Shown in pieces: positions 62,561-64,000 of a stretch of DNA of 64,000 bases. The notes below the pieces were generated by a model that ran no database searches, had not been told where the DNA came from, and saw only the letters and a program-made list of their open reading frames with translations. Each line of letters begins with the position of its first letter. Position 1 is the first letter of the stretch. This stretch comes from Candidatus Saccharimonadota bacterium (GTDB lineage Bacteria > Patescibacteriota > Saccharimonadia > Saccharimonadales > Saccharimonadaceae): assembly GCA_026395405.1 (NCBI GenBank), contig JAPLYU010000001.1, forward strand, positions 250,865-314,864. Direction: 5' to 3'. A program made the translations under genes and the position numbers.

Positions 62561-63754
62561 ATGACAAAGAGAAAATTACGAGTTGGACTGATAAGTTCCT
62601 ACGTACCCATGAAATGCGGTATCGCAACGCATAGCCGCGATTTATTAGAGGCAATGCTTGGTCATAGTAATTTTGATTGGCGACTTGTTGCCGCCGAAGA
62701 CACCTTGGGGCCATATAATTTTAACGACAAAGAAATTGCCACATTAGATAAAAGCAATAAAAAATCATACGAAGCTGCCGCAGAGGCTATGAATAAATGG
62801 CAGCCGGACGTCGTACTATTGGCGCACGAATTCGGTTTGTATGGCGGAACAACCAAAGACATACAGCATAATGATAAAAACCTGCATGTTATCACGGGCG
62901 ACTATATCCTTACTCTCATCGATAAACTAAAAGCTCCGATTATTACAACCCTTCATACAATTATCCCAGATCCCGATAAATTACGTCGTGAAGTGATGCG
63001 TGCAATCAGTAAACGGTCATCCAAACTTGTATCAATGACAGACGACGGTCGCAGTACCCTAGACTTTTTTTATGGGATAAAACCAGCCAAGGTGGCAGTT
63101 ATACCGCACGGCGTTCCACAGCCGGTTCAGCGGGACAAAAAACTTGTATTAAAAGATCTTAAACTTGATACAAACAAATTCTACCTTTTAGTTACTGGAT
63201 TAATCGGACCGAATAAGGGGATAGAATTAATCATCAAGGCCTTGCCCGATATTATTAAAAAACATTCCGAGGTTATGTTGTTGGTCGTTGGTCAAACGCA
63301 CCCGGTAATTTTAGAAGAAGTTGGTGAGGTATATCGAGAAGGTTTGATAAAACTAGCGACAGAACTGGGAGTTTGTGACCATATACAATTTGTGAATGAA
63401 TATTTGCCTACGGACAAGCTGGTTGATTATTTGACGATTGCCGATGTTTATTTGACGATTCACAGTGATCCTGAACAAGCTGCGTCTGGTACTTTGGCAT
63501 ACGCCTTGGGTTGCGGACTGGCTTCAATCTCTACTCCCTATCGTTATGCCAAGGAGGTTTTGGCCGATGGCCGAGGATTTCTAGTGCCATTTAACGATCC
63601 TTTGGCGATTGCGAAACAGGTTGATACATTGATTGAAAACAAGGCTCTTCTGAATGAAACTAGGGAAAAAGCCATGCTATTTGGATGTCCAATGAGCTGG
63701 GAGAAAGTCGGGGATGAGTATATGAAATTAGTTGAGGCAATTTTACAGGAGTAA
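62561..63754 (+). CDS. glycosyltransferase family 4 (GT-B, group 1)
   Basis: N-terminal CGIATHSRDL and a C-terminal E..G..L.EA-type region (SGTLAYALGCGLASIST). Confidence 0.75.
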   Translation: MTKRKLRVGLISSYVPMKCGIATHSRDLLEAMLGHSNFDWRLVAAEDTLGPYNFNDKEIATLDKSNKKSYEAAAEAMNKWQPDVVLLAHEFGLYGGTTKDIQHNDKNLHVITGDYILTLIDKLKAPIITTLHTIIPDPDKLRREVMRAISKRSSKLVSMTDDGRSTLDFFYGIKPAKVAVIPHGVPQPVQRDKKLVLKDLKLDTNKFYLLVTGLIGPNKGIELIIKALPDIIKKHSEVMLLVVGQTHPVILEEVGEVYREGLIKLATELGVCDHIQFVNEYLPTDKLVDYLTIADVYLTIHSDPEQAASGTLAYALGCGLASISTPYRYAKEVLADGRGFLVPFNDPLAIAKQVDTLIENKALLNETREKAMLFGCPMSWEKVGDEYMKLVEAILQE

Positions 63755-63758
63755 TATT

Positions 63759-64000
63759 GTGGGGAAGTTTCCCTCTACACCTTATTTTGATAATTTAATT
63801 GACGACTTCGGGATTTGGCAACACACCGACGAAAATTCTATTTTGCGTGGGGAAGGTTATGCGTTGGACGATGCTGCGCGCGGACTACTATTGACACTTG
63901 CGCTAGACAGACAGCAGCAATCGGAAGCATTATTTTCATATATATTAAAATCACAATCCAAAGACGGTTTTTATGGTTTTGCCAGGCAGGATAGAAATTT
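63759..64000 (+). CDS. hypothetical protein, 3' end outside window
   Basis: GTG-initiated frame open to the window end (VGKFPSTPYFDNLIDDFGIWQHTD...GYALDDAARGLLL...). It begins 5 nt after the GT4 stop. Confidence 0.35.
   Translation, partial: MGKFPSTPYFDNLIDDFGIWQHTDENSILRGEGYALDDAARGLLLTLALDRQQQSEALFSYILKSQSKDGFYGFARQDRN

Overview
The window is a compact, gene-dense bacterial chromosome segment. Background G+C is about 40% from my own hand counts of 60-nt samples. Gene content looks like a monoderm-type, reduced-genome organism. I infer Patescibacteria/CPR, probably Saccharibacteria-like, but no marker in the window proves this.

Housekeeping genes dominate: tpiA, pcrA, rsmA, metG, tatD, a cysteine desulfurase plus mnmA, alaS, ftsA, ruvX, mltG, obg, sbcB, uvrA, uvrC, secG, typA, L25/Ctc and three tRNAs. 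On top of this core I see four unusual layers.

1. Six type IV pilin-like genes are scattered through the window. Each has a class III signal and a large C-terminal lectin, adhesin or enzyme-like domain.
2. At least three patches have clearly foreign high G+C (8.0-9.8 kb, 11.3-12.8 kb, 57.6-58.2 kb). Two of these are bracketed by inverted repeats and lie next to tRNA genes.
3. A conserved structured element of about 170 nt, with compensatory stem changes, follows both tRNA-Glu and tRNA-Val. Each copy ends in an interrupted duplicate of that tRNA's own 3' end. A third copy of the tRNA-Val-type end closes a roughly 1-kb GC-rich insert.
4. That insert contains a textbook type III hammerhead ribozyme motif at 58188-58242.

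A small isoprenoid cluster sits at the left edge: polyprenyl synthase, idi, a UbiA prenyltransferase and a methyltransferase. I found no rRNA, CRISPR array, transposase or integrase ORF. All product calls come from motif recognition in the supplied translations. No database search was possible.
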